The position numbers were made by a program, and so were the translations under genes. The notes under the pieces are model-generated. The model was not told the origin of the DNA, did no database searches, and saw only the letters and a program-made list of their open reading frames with translations. 64,000 bases of DNA from a virus. The stretch lies in IMG/VR virus record IMGVR_UViG_3300029305_001279; one strand, written 5' to 3'. Below are positions 15,816-24,654 of this stretch, one piece after another (positions within the stretch are counted from its first letter, which is position 1; every line of letters begins with the position of its first letter).

Positions 15816-17558
15816 ATGAGCGAGGAAATCGTGAAAGCCGAATCCGGCGAAGTGAAAACCGAAACCGGGCAAGCCGAGACCGCCAGAAGAATTAGCGGCA
15901 AGGAAATCGGCCGAATCGGTCAGCAGCGCTTTGGCATACACGGCAATGAATCCATCTTCATGGAGGAGTTCCTGCCTGAGCTGCAGGGCGACAAGGCTGT
16001 CCAGACCTATACCGAGATGATGGACAACGATGCGACCATCGGCGGTGTGTGGTTCGCCATTGAGATGCTGATGCGTAACACCGACTTCCAGATCGAGCCC
16101 GGCGGTGACTCCGAAATCGACAAGGAAGCGGCAGATTTCGTAGAATCCTGTATGTACGACATGGAGGAGACGTGGCCGGAGTTCCTGTCCGAGTGCCTGT
16201 CCTTCCTGCCCTACGGATGGAGCTACCATGAGATCGTGTACAAGCGCCGCATGGGCAGAAGCAACAATCCCAAAACCAACAGCAAGTACAGCGACGGCCT
16301 GGTCGGTTGGCGGAAGCTCCCCATCCGCGCCCAGGACACGCTGATCGGCTGGGAATACCAGCCGGACTCTGATGACCTGACCGGCATGACCCAGATGCCG
16401 GCTCCCGACTATGTCAAGGTCACCATCCCTCTCAATAAGGCGCTGCACTTCAAGACCCGATCCCGCAAGAACAACCCGGAAGGCCGCAGCATTTTCCGCA
16501 ATGCCTACCGTGCATGGTACATAAAGAAGCGCCTGGAGGAAATCGAATCCTACGGCATGGAGCGGGACCTGGCAGGCTTCCCTGTCCTGTATGCTCCCGC
16601 AGGCATCAACATCTTCGACCCTGACGATCCCGAAATGGTTCGGCTCCTGGCCTATGCTCAGAGCCTCGTGTCCGGCATCCGCCGCGATGCGATGGAGGGC
16701 ATCGTGCTGCAGAACGGAACCCCGGATTCCCCCGGTTGGAAGCTGGAGCTGCTGGCATCGTCCGGCAAGCGGCAGTTCGACACCAACGCCATCATCGAGC
16801 GCTGGGACAAGCGAATTGCTACCACGGTCCTGGCTGACTTCGTTATGCTCGGTCAGCAGCAGGTCGGATCCTTCGCCCTGGCTGACAGCAAGACGAAGAT
16901 CTTCGCTTTGGCAATCGGCGCCTACCTGGAAGTCATCTGCGAAGTGTTCAACAACCAGGCCATCCCCCGCCTGATCGATGCCAACGGCGACAAGTTCAAG
17001 GGCATCACCGACTATCCCGTCATGACCCATGGTGACATTGATGAAGTGGACATGGTACAGCTCTGCACCTACATCGAGAAGCTGGTGGGCGTCGGTCTGC
17101 TGACACCGGACGAGGAGCTGGAGAAGATGCTCCGCCGCGCGGGCAACCTGCCTGAGAAGCTGGAAACCGACACCCCCAAGGAGATGCAGCCCGGCGAGGA
17201 TCCCAACGCAGACCCCAACGCGGAAACCCCTGAAAGCAAAACAGTCTACAAGGTGAAGAACATCCTTCGTGATTACACAAAGGGTGAAAGCACCCGTGAT
17301 GCTGCAACTGAATTGCTTCGGGATATCGGCCTGGATGACAAGAAAATCAACTTCCACCTGAACGAAGCGGATAAGATTCGGGCAGAACAGGAGAAGCGGA
17401 AGCAGGAAGACGCGAAGCTGAAAGCGCAGAATGCCGCTCAGAAGCCCGGGAAGGCACCTCAGAACCGTCGGAAGAAGAAACAGGAAGAAACACCTGTGGA
17501 CGACGAAGAGGACGCGAGAAAGGCTCAGGAGGCCAAAAAGAGCCTGGGAAGGGAGTGA
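15816..17558 (+). CDS. portal protein
   Basis: 580 aa, immediately after TerL, with a portal-like core and an acidic/basic C-terminal tail. Confidence 0.7.
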   Translation: MSEEIVKAESGEVKTETGQAETARRISGKEIGRIGQQRFGIHGNESIFMEEFLPELQGDKAVQTYTEMMDNDATIGGVWFAIEMLMRNTDFQIEPGGDSEIDKEAADFVESCMYDMEETWPEFLSECLSFLPYGWSYHEIVYKRRMGRSNNPKTNSKYSDGLVGWRKLPIRAQDTLIGWEYQPDSDDLTGMTQMPAPDYVKVTIPLNKALHFKTRSRKNNPEGRSIFRNAYRAWYIKKRLEEIESYGMERDLAGFPVLYAPAGINIFDPDDPEMVRLLAYAQSLVSGIRRDAMEGIVLQNGTPDSPGWKLELLASSGKRQFDTNAIIERWDKRIATTVLADFVMLGQQQVGSFALADSKTKIFALAIGAYLEVICEVFNNQAIPRLIDANGDKFKGITDYPVMTHGDIDEVDMVQLCTYIEKLVGVGLLTPDEELEKMLRRAGNLPEKLETDTPKEMQPGEDPNADPNAETPESKTVYKVKNILRDYTKGESTRDAATELLRDIGLDDKKINFHLNEADKIRAEQEKRKQEDAKLKAQNAAQKPGKAPQNRRKKKQEETPVDDEEDARKAQEAKKSLGRE

Positions 17559-17563
17559 CCTGA

Positions 17564-17848
17564 ATGGCAGGATTCTATAAAACCGGAGAGACGAAGAAAC
17601 GTCCCGGTGTGTACATGCGGATCGTCAACCGTGGAGCGGATGCAGTCAGCGCGGAGATCACCATCCCTGCAGCACCGACCCCTCCGGAGCTGACGGAAGA
17701 GCTGATCGTGTCGTACAGAGCGGGAGTCGTGCGGCTCACACTTCCGCTCGGCTGCACTGTTACTCACGATGGATCTGGAAACGTAACACTGTCCGGTCTG
17801 GAATCGGTAGTGTATGACGATGAAGGAAATGTAACGATAGGAGGTTAA
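17564..17848 (+). CDS. hypothetical protein whose N-terminus resembles the tail-sheath N-terminus
   Basis: MAGFYKTGETKKRPGVYMRIVNRG compares with the sheath MAIFFKEGEIKKRPGVYQRHTNTG at 36211. Confidence 0.45.
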   Translation: MAGFYKTGETKKRPGVYMRIVNRGADAVSAEITIPAAPTPPELTEELIVSYRAGVVRLTLPLGCTVTHDGSGNVTLSGLESVVYDDEGNVTIGG

Positions 17849-17850
17849 AC

Positions 17851-20184
17851 ATGGCAACAGAACTGAAAAAGCTCACGGTCGATGCCAGCAACGGCTCATT
17901 CACATTTGAAGTCGTTGACGCAGAGGCCCGTGAGAAAGCAAACGCGGCGAAAGCCGCTGCCGAGGCCATCAAAGTGCCCACGGCTCTGCCCAACCCGAAC
18001 ACGCTGACCTTCACCGGCGGCGCAACGGGCACCTATGACGGATCCAAGCCCGTCACCATCAATATCCCGACCGGAGGTTCCGGTGAACCTGGCGGTGCGA
18101 ATGTGACCCTCGACACCACCCTGACCCAGAGCGGACAGGCGGCTGATGCTGCGGCTACCGGCGCGAGATTGACCGCACTGGAACAGCTGGGCGGCATCAC
18201 CGTCATGGAGCCTGCGGACGATGATATCCCCAAGGTCTTTTTCGGTGATGCACTTCAGCAGACCAAGGACGAAAAGGTGGTATCTTTCCGCTATATCTCC
18301 AAAACACAGGACATTTCCGGTTATGCTGAAATCAAGGCACAGGGCAACAGTTCCATGAACTATCCCAAGAAGAACCAGACCGTCAAAATGTTTGCGGATA
18401 AAGAATGCGCCGAAAAACTGAAGGTCGATTTCAAGGGATGGGGCAAGCAGAACAAGCACGTTTACAAGGCGAACTGGATTGACCTGAGCCATGCCCGAAA
18501 TGTGGTGTCTGCCCGTCTGTGGGGCGATATCGTGAAAACCCGTGCCAACTATGCGGAACTGCCTGAACTGCTGAGAACGTCCCCCAATCAGGGTGCAATC
18601 GATGGATTCCCGGTCACGGTCTATGCGGCTGGTGTGTATCAAGGCAGATATACCCTGAACATCCCGAAAGACAAGTGGATGTCTAACATGGATGATAAGC
18701 TGGATACCCATTGCATCCTGTGCGGTGAAGGCTATAAGTCTGGCTGTTTCCGTGAAGCATCTGTAATACAGTGGACGGATGAAATCCATGACGCAATGCC
18801 CGACTCTATCAAGAACCGCTGGATTGAGGTTATCAATTTTGTAATGAACAGTACCGATGATGAGTTCAAGGCGAATTTGGGGAATTACTTCGATGTGCCC
18901 AGCCTGATCGACTATCACCTTTTCGGTCTGGCATCCTGTGGCATTGATGCCTATGGCAAGAATCAGCTTTACATGACCTTTGACGGTCAGACGTGGATTG
19001 CATCCATGTATGACATGGATAGTACATGGGGTTTATATTGGAACGCAAGTATGTTCCTTGCAACGGATTATCCCCGTACAAGCTATGAGGATTACCTGAA
19101 CGATAGCAAGGAAGGAAATCTTCTTTATATCCGTCTGGAACAGCTTTTCAAGGATGAACTTCAGGCACGGTGGGCAGAACTGAAATCCGGTGCGCTGTCT
19201 ATCGAGAACGTAATCAATCGGTTTGAGCGATTCACCGACATTGCCCCGGCTGAACTGATCAAAGAGGACTACGCAAACACCACTGGTGGTGGAGCATATA
19301 CCGGAATCAAACAGCAGACCACCAACAATATTCAGCAGTTGCGTGGGTTTGCACTTGCAAGAATCGCATGGACGGATAAATATATTGCCGGACTTACTGG
19401 TGAAGTTGTTGAGCCTGACGAACCCGATATTCCCACTTCTGTACCGTGTACCGGAATTTCCCTGTCTGCATCCGAACTGACCTTTACGGCAGAGGGAACA
19501 CAGGCACTGACCGCAACCGTACAGCCGACAGACACCACGGATATTGTGGTTTGGAGCAGTGATGCACCCGATATTGCGAGCGTGGAAAATGGCGTTGTTA
19601 CTGCCAAGGCAAACGGCAGCGCAGTGATTACCGCAACCTGTGGCGAACAGACCGCAACCTGTGCTGTGTCTGTCAGCGGAATTGTTGACACTGCGGTATA
19701 TAGTTTGGCGGAAACTACCGTGGATTCTACCACCATGATAGATACCGGCATCATGCTGATGGATGAAGATAAAGATTATACTGTATTCATGGATTTCACG
19801 CCTCCTGCATGGGATGATATTACCGGAGAACGGTACTTTATGGACGCTGGTGGTCCTGCTCCTGATTATTTCGGCTGGTCATGGTGGAAAAACGGAAACT
19901 CTGGCGGAGCTGCATTTCATGGTGTTAGTGGTACCGTGCGCCTTTGGAGCGGCACGTATTGGGGTACTCGCCATAAGCTGGTTATTCGCTGCTCTGGTGG
20001 CTCCGTGAGTTATACCTGCGACGGTAAAACCGAAATGATTGCAGCTACGCTCACTAGACCCGGAAACCACACATCCACGCTGAAAATCGGTGGCTCCGCC
20101 GTGCTGAAGGGAACCATTCACAGTGCAAAGGTCTGGTTTGAAGCCAAGACGGACGAAGAATGTCTGGCTATGGTGAATGGCTAA
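17851..20184 (+). CDS. fibre-like protein with a CotH-kinase-like domain, a Big_2 Ig-like domain and a C-terminal lectin-like domain
   Basis: N-terminal fibre motif LPNPNTLTFTGGATGTYDGSKPV. CotH-like stretch GNSSMNYPKKNQ...IDGFPVTVYAAGVYQGRY...YDMDSTWG. Big_2-like GISLSASELTFTAEGTQALTATVQP... Confidence 0.6.
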   Translation: MATELKKLTVDASNGSFTFEVVDAEAREKANAAKAAAEAIKVPTALPNPNTLTFTGGATGTYDGSKPVTINIPTGGSGEPGGANVTLDTTLTQSGQAADAAATGARLTALEQLGGITVMEPADDDIPKVFFGDALQQTKDEKVVSFRYISKTQDISGYAEIKAQGNSSMNYPKKNQTVKMFADKECAEKLKVDFKGWGKQNKHVYKANWIDLSHARNVVSARLWGDIVKTRANYAELPELLRTSPNQGAIDGFPVTVYAAGVYQGRYTLNIPKDKWMSNMDDKLDTHCILCGEGYKSGCFREASVIQWTDEIHDAMPDSIKNRWIEVINFVMNSTDDEFKANLGNYFDVPSLIDYHLFGLASCGIDAYGKNQLYMTFDGQTWIASMYDMDSTWGLYWNASMFLATDYPRTSYEDYLNDSKEGNLLYIRLEQLFKDELQARWAELKSGALSIENVINRFERFTDIAPAELIKEDYANTTGGGAYTGIKQQTTNNIQQLRGFALARIAWTDKYIAGLTGEVVEPDEPDIPTSVPCTGISLSASELTFTAEGTQALTATVQPTDTTDIVVWSSDAPDIASVENGVVTAKANGSAVITATCGEQTATCAVSVSGIVDTAVYSLAETTVDSTTMIDTGIMLMDEDKDYTVFMDFTPPAWDDITGERYFMDAGGPAPDYFGWSWWKNGNSGGAAFHGVSGTVRLWSGTYWGTRHKLVIRCSGGSVSYTCDGKTEMIAATLTRPGNHTSTLKIGGSAVLKGTIHSAKVWFEAKTDEECLAMVNG

Positions 20185-20251
20185 CCATCCGAACGTCAAC
20201 CAAGGGGGTGGAAACACCCCCACCACAAGAAAGGAAAGGACGTGAAAGCAG

Positions 20252-21868
20252 ATGATTGAACTCGAAGGAGGAGCGCGGATCCTCAAACAGTGGTCTCTGA
20301 ACAAAAGAGTCATCATCGACAACTTCCTGCCCGGTACCCGCGTGGAGGTCATCAAGAAGTATGACAACAAGGACAGCGCACTGCCCGTGATGGCATACGA
20401 GGACGGAGGCCATGTGGTAGCTGACATCCCCAACATCCTCCTCCAGACTCCGGGATACATCCGTGTGTACGTCCTGCCGTCTGCGGAAGATGCTGAGCAT
20501 AATCCTGAGATCAAGGATTTCAAAGTCACCAGGGAAGAGAAGCCGGAAGACTACGTTTACACGGAAACCAAGACCGTTTCCTTGCAGGCTCTGGAGAAGC
20601 GCGTGAGGGAGCTGGAACTGAACGGCGGTCAGGGAACTGTCAAGAGTATCAACGGCATGGAGCCTGATAAAAATGGCAACCTGGATCTCGTGACCGGCAT
20701 CGGCAGAAAAGTGGATGGTAAAGTTCAAACGCCTTACGATCCAAACGAGGCCGGCGACTTTGAATACATCTACGAAGACCCGGTGGAAGCGCTGCCTGGC
20801 GCGGAAATCCTCAACGACTACGATAACAACATCGCTGTCGGCTACATGTCACAGGCGTCCGGCTACCAGACCCAGGCTATCGGCAACTACAGCAAGGCTG
20901 AAGGATGGTGGACGAGAGCCGACGGGCAGTGCTCCGTTGCTTCCGGTCTTCTGTCCAGAGCTTCCGGCCACTTTACCCACGCAGAAGGCACCAGAACCCT
21001 GGCGTCCATTAACAATGCCCACAGCGAAGGCGACATGACCAAAGCGACCGGCAGACAGAGCCACAGCGAAGGCCAATCCACGGTGAGCAGCGGTTTCTGC
21101 TCCCATTCAGAGGGCAGTGCCACGGTATCTTCCGGCTATTACAGCCATGCCGAAGGATTGGGAACTACTGCAAAAGGCAAAAACCAAACAGCAATGGGAA
21201 AATACAACATTGCTGATACCTCAAGTTTGCTGATTGTAGGCAAAGGCTCTGCAAGTAATCTCAGTAACGCATTCACCGTGTCCTCTTCAGGCACGGGATG
21301 GTTTGCAGGGTCGGTAACAAGCCTCGGCGCCGACTACGCTGAGTTCTTCGAGTGGGAGGACGGAAACCCCAACAAAGAGGATCGTGTCGGAATGGCGGTC
21401 ACTCTGGTCGGCGATAAGATCCGGATCGCAAACGCACAGGACGACATCCTGGGCTTTATCACCGGTACCGCGATGGTCCTTGGCGATAACGCAGAGTACG
21501 AATGGAAGTACAAATACCAAATGGACGACTACGGCCGCATCTTATACGAGGATCCCGTGGAGGAGTTCGTCGAGTATATGGACTACGAGCAGGGAGTTGT
21601 CGTAAGAGAATCCATCGGCTTCTGTGTACACCCAAAGCTGAGCCCGGAGTACAATCCCGACGAGGAATACGTCAGCCGCGAAAAACGCAAAGAGTGGGAT
21701 CCGGTCGGCCTTATCGGCAAGCTGCGAGTCAATGACGACGGCAGCTGCACACCGGGCATGTATGCCAAGGTCACAGATGGCGGAATCCTGACCCACAGTG
21801 AGGAAAAGACGAACATGAGAGTGATGCGTCGTATTTCCGACCATGTTGTTCTCATGATGATGAAATGA
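20252..21868 (+). CDS. tail spike/fibre with YadA-head-like repeats and a peptidase-G2-type autoproteolytic C-terminal domain
   Basis: Repeats SxAxGxxSHAEG. C-terminal GADYAEFFEWEDGNPNKEDRVGMAVTLVGDKIRIA...ILGFITG is typical of pre-neck-appendage/G2 intramolecular chaperone domains. Confidence 0.6.
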   Translation: MIELEGGARILKQWSLNKRVIIDNFLPGTRVEVIKKYDNKDSALPVMAYEDGGHVVADIPNILLQTPGYIRVYVLPSAEDAEHNPEIKDFKVTREEKPEDYVYTETKTVSLQALEKRVRELELNGGQGTVKSINGMEPDKNGNLDLVTGIGRKVDGKVQTPYDPNEAGDFEYIYEDPVEALPGAEILNDYDNNIAVGYMSQASGYQTQAIGNYSKAEGWWTRADGQCSVASGLLSRASGHFTHAEGTRTLASINNAHSEGDMTKATGRQSHSEGQSTVSSGFCSHSEGSATVSSGYYSHAEGLGTTAKGKNQTAMGKYNIADTSSLLIVGKGSASNLSNAFTVSSSGTGWFAGSVTSLGADYAEFFEWEDGNPNKEDRVGMAVTLVGDKIRIANAQDDILGFITGTAMVLGDNAEYEWKYKYQMDDYGRILYEDPVEEFVEYMDYEQGVVVRESIGFCVHPKLSPEYNPDEEYVSREKRKEWDPVGLIGKLRVNDDGSCTPGMYAKVTDGGILTHSEEKTNMRVMRRISDHVVLMMMK

Positions 21869-21893
21869 TGAACAATTATTCAAGGAGGAAACT

Positions 21894-22205
21894 ATGAAAA
21901 AGATTCTCGCACTCCTGCTGGCCGTGCTGCTGATCCTGGCCATGGTCATCCCCGTATTCGCTGTCACCCCCGATCTGGATGTCCCCGACATGCCTGAGAT
22001 CCCCGACATCTCCGATGACGTGGAAATCGAGCTGCCCGATGGCATCTTTGACGACTACATCCCCGACATCGACATCGACATTGAACTGCCCGAAGATCCT
22101 ACTGAACCTCCCGCAGAACCTCCCATCGAGCCGCCCTATTTTAATTATTGCGAATTCCTGAAAGGCTGGTTCGAGTGGTGGATGCACGTCATCCGGTGCC
22201 GCTGA
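21894..22205 (+). CDS. secreted acidic Pro/Asp-rich small protein
   Basis: Signal-peptide-like MKKILALLLAVLLILAMVIPVFA, then repeats of the form PDxPEIPDI... Confidence 0.5.
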   Translation: MKKILALLLAVLLILAMVIPVFAVTPDLDVPDMPEIPDISDDVEIELPDGIFDDYIPDIDIDIELPEDPTEPPAEPPIEPPYFNYCEFLKGWFEWWMHVIRCR

Positions 22206-22206
22206 T

Positions 22207-22320
22207 ATGGTTAAGGACTGCACCGAATGTGCAAAAAATGCACAATGCCTTGAACGCATCAAAGAGGGGACTGTGGTGTACTGCGGCAGCTCACTCTGCA
22301 AACCTACCCCGAAAGCATAA
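22207..22320 (+). CDS. possible 37-aa Cys-rich peptide
   Basis: MVKDCTECAKNAQCLERIKEGTVVYCGSSLCKPTPKA, followed by a strong hairpin. Short, so uncertain. Confidence 0.3.
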   Translation: MVKDCTECAKNAQCLERIKEGTVVYCGSSLCKPTPKA

Positions 22321-22323
22321 CCC

Positions 22324-22349
22324 CAAGCCCCTCCTGTCCGGAGGGGCTT
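22324..22349 (+). terminator. 10-bp GC-rich hairpin (weak terminator or attenuator candidate)
   Basis: AAGCCCCTCC-tgtcc-GGAGGGGCTT with no clear U-tract, directly upstream of the amidase RBS. Confidence 0.35.
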
Positions 22350-22369
22350 CACCAAAAGGAGGAAACATC

Positions 22370-23260
22370 ATGGCAACATTCAAAATCGCACTCTCCGCAG
22401 GCCACGGAAAAAACACCGCTGGCAAGCGTTGTATGAAGAAACTGGATCCCAACCAGACCCGCGAGTGGGTGCTGAATGCCCGCATCGCTGAGAAGATCGA
22501 GAAGCTGCTGTCCGGCTATACCGGCTGGGAGCTGCTGCGTCTGGATGACCGCACCGGGGAAAAGGATATCGCACTGAAGACCCGCACCAGCTCCGCCAAT
22601 GCCTGGGGCGCTGACTTCTATCTTTCCATCCACCACAATGCCGGTGTGCTGGGCGGCAAGGGCGGCGGCATCGTGGCCTATGTCTACACCAACCCCTCCA
22701 ATGCCTCCATCGTCTGGCAGAATGAACTGTACAGCGAGCTGATCGCCGAAACCGGCCTGCGCGGCAACCGCAGCAATCCTCTTTCCAAGGCAAACCTCCA
22801 CGAATGCCGTGTGCCGAAGATGCCCGCTGTTCTGCTGGAGCTGGGCTTCATGGACAGCAAGACCGACGTGCCGATCATCCTGAGCGAGAAGTATGCTGAC
22901 CAGTGTGCGGAAGCCATCGTCCGTGTCATCGCCGAGCAGGGCAAGCTGGTGAAGAAGTCCGGAAGCGCAGGCAGCACCGCTCCCCAGGACAAGGTAGAGG
23001 AGAAACCCAATGCCGAAATCAAGGTGGAAGGCGCTAAGGAAAAGGATGCGTCCCTGAAGGGCACCTATGTGGTCAAGTCCTCTGATGGCTGCCTGAACCT
23101 CCGCGCCGGTGCTGATTACAGCAAGGCCCTGATTGAAACAATGAAGAACGGCACAAAGGTCAGCTGCTACGGCTGGCATACCGGAGACTGGCTGCTGGTC
23201 ATTGCTGAATCCGGGAACGCAGGCTTCTGCCATCGCGGGTATCTGGAGAAGATGTCATGA
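22370..23260 (+). CDS. N-acetylmuramoyl-L-alanine amidase (Amidase_3) with a C-terminal SH3b-like domain (endolysin)
   Basis: ALSAGHGKNTAGKR...ADFYLSIHHNAG...LLELGFMDS amidase_3 signature. C-terminal GTYVVKSSDGCLNLRAGA...GDWLLV is SH3-like. AAAGGAGG lies before ATG 22370. Confidence 0.8.
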   Translation: MATFKIALSAGHGKNTAGKRCMKKLDPNQTREWVLNARIAEKIEKLLSGYTGWELLRLDDRTGEKDIALKTRTSSANAWGADFYLSIHHNAGVLGGKGGGIVAYVYTNPSNASIVWQNELYSELIAETGLRGNRSNPLSKANLHECRVPKMPAVLLELGFMDSKTDVPIILSEKYADQCAEAIVRVIAEQGKLVKKSGSAGSTAPQDKVEEKPNAEIKVEGAKEKDASLKGTYVVKSSDGCLNLRAGADYSKALIETMKNGTKVSCYGWHTGDWLLVIAESGNAGFCHRGYLEKMS

Positions 23261-23448
23261 GCAGATGGTTGGAACACGAACACGATACATACCGCGAAGA
23301 GATCGCTGACATGGAGGAGTGCAAGCATCTGATAAACGAGGTCTGCACCAACCCTGACAGCGATCAGTGCTGCGATTTCCCGCACTACGAATACTGCCTA
23401 TACAGCTGTCCTCACTTCACCAAAGAGGACGGATTGCTTGCAAAGTGA
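23257..23448 (+). CDS. hypothetical Cys-rich small protein
   Basis: 63 aa ORF overlapping the amidase stop. Confidence 0.45.
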   Translation: MSRWLEHEHDTYREEIADMEECKHLINEVCTNPDSDQCCDFPHYEYCLYSCPHFTKEDGLLAK

Positions 23449-23556
23449 GGTATTGCTTGCAAGTAACTTGCAAGTAATATCAAGTAATATCAAGTAACAA
23501 GCGATAAAACAAGCGACACAACAAGTAACAAGCGATAAAACAAGCGATACAACAAG
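23432..23556. repeat. nested direct-repeat array (CTTGCAAGTAA x2, TATCAAGTAA x2, 31-nt unit x2)
   Basis: 31-nt tandem CAAGTAACAAGCGATAAAACAAGCGA(C/T)ACAA at 23491-23521 and 23522-23552. It is preceded by shorter CAAGTAA-type repeats containing the palindrome CTTGCAAG. Confidence 0.8.
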
Positions 23557-23568
23557 AGGAGGAGCACC

Positions 23569-24498
23569 ATGGGCCTTGTATATCACAACGGAAGATTCAT
23601 TCCGGAGGAGCATATTGAGAAAGCAAATGCACAGGCCGAGGTGCTTCGCATTCTCCGTTCATTCCTGGATGCAAATGAGCCTGGCCTGGTCCGGTTCCTG
23701 GTCAACACCTTTCGATCCCAGGGCCAGGCCATCACCTACAAGGAGATCCGGGAAGCAATTCTGAGCGGGGACATTGATCCCCAGTGGCTGGATGACTGGA
23801 TGAAGGACTATGCCAAGCTGGTCGAGAAGGTCATGCGCCCTGCCTGGGAGAAAGCCATTGAGGCAGGCTTCACAGACAGAGCGCAGAAGTTCCCGGGTTT
23901 CTACTTCAACCCCATGGCTGACGGTGTCCGCGCCTGGGCATCCAACCACGCAGCGGAATTTGTCACCAACGTATCCACGTCCCAGATGGAAGGACTCCGG
24001 GCGGTCATCCGCCGGGCGGTCAGCCTGGAGGACATGAGCGTTGACGAGCTGGCCAGAGTGATTCGGCCCATGATCGGCCTGACCAAGCAGCAGAGCAGCG
24101 CGGTCATGAACTACTACCAGAAGCTCCGGGAGAAGGGTGTCACACCCAAACGGGCAAGGGAGATGGCCATCCGGGATGCTGCCCGCCGCCACAGATCCCG
24201 CGCTTATGACATCGCCCGGACGGAACTGGCAACCGCGTACAACACCGGTGCTCACGAAGCAATCATAGAAGCCCAGGCAAAGGGATATCTGGGACGCATG
24301 GTCAAGGTGTGGAGTACGGCCGATGATGAGCGAGTATGTCCGACATGCGGGGCATTGGAAGGCAAGAGAATTGCTATGGACGAAGAGGTTGAAGGCATCA
24401 GCAGTTCCTGGAGTACCCGTCGCCATCCGCCTGCACATCCGGGATGCCGCTGTGCGGTCATGTATGTCCCCGATGAAAAGCCTGAAAAAATTATGTAA
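23569..24498 (+). CDS. MuF / SPP1 gp7-family head morphogenesis protein
   Basis: C-terminal VWSTADDERVCPTCGALEGK...HPGCRCAVMYV is the Phage_Mu_F signature. Confidence 0.8.
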   Translation: MGLVYHNGRFIPEEHIEKANAQAEVLRILRSFLDANEPGLVRFLVNTFRSQGQAITYKEIREAILSGDIDPQWLDDWMKDYAKLVEKVMRPAWEKAIEAGFTDRAQKFPGFYFNPMADGVRAWASNHAAEFVTNVSTSQMEGLRAVIRRAVSLEDMSVDELARVIRPMIGLTKQQSSAVMNYYQKLREKGVTPKRAREMAIRDAARRHRSRAYDIARTELATAYNTGAHEAIIEAQAKGYLGRMVKVWSTADDERVCPTCGALEGKRIAMDEEVEGISSSWSTRRHPPAHPGCRCAVMYVPDEKPEKIM

Positions 24499-24504
24499 AG
24501 GCAA

Positions 24505-24532
24505 TTCAAAATTCAAAATATTGTAGTATAAT
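24505..24532 (+). promoter_or_regulatory. sigma-A-type promoter candidate followed by a leader hairpin (24570-24588)
   Basis: TTCAAA, 16 nt spacer, TATAAT (24527-24532). Hairpin ACAGCCG-gtaca-CGGCTGT lies in the leader. Confidence 0.4.
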
Positions 24533-24654
24533 GGCCATATCGGGTCATGAACCTAAATCAGAACCCAACACAGCCGGTACACGGCTGTCATACATAAACT
24601 CCACAGCAACACCCCATTATCAACACCGCTCTTTACCAGAAGGAGGCCAGAAAC

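Noticed and set aside
15633-17357. Very long minus-strand ORFs: 15633..17357, 24553..26421, 31938..33911, 35941..37671, 40909..42954 and 44916..46715.
   Set aside because: Each lies fully antisense to a + strand gene with clear motifs (portal, polyprotein, capsid, sheath, tape measure, baseplate). Their translations are low-complexity and G/A/V/L-rich, which is typical of shadow ORFs in GC-rich coding DNA.
21979-22161. Overlapping alternative-frame ORFs within the secreted acidic protein gene and the amidase gene.
   Set aside because: They are short and lack starts with an RBS. The primary frames have a signal peptide or enzyme motifs.
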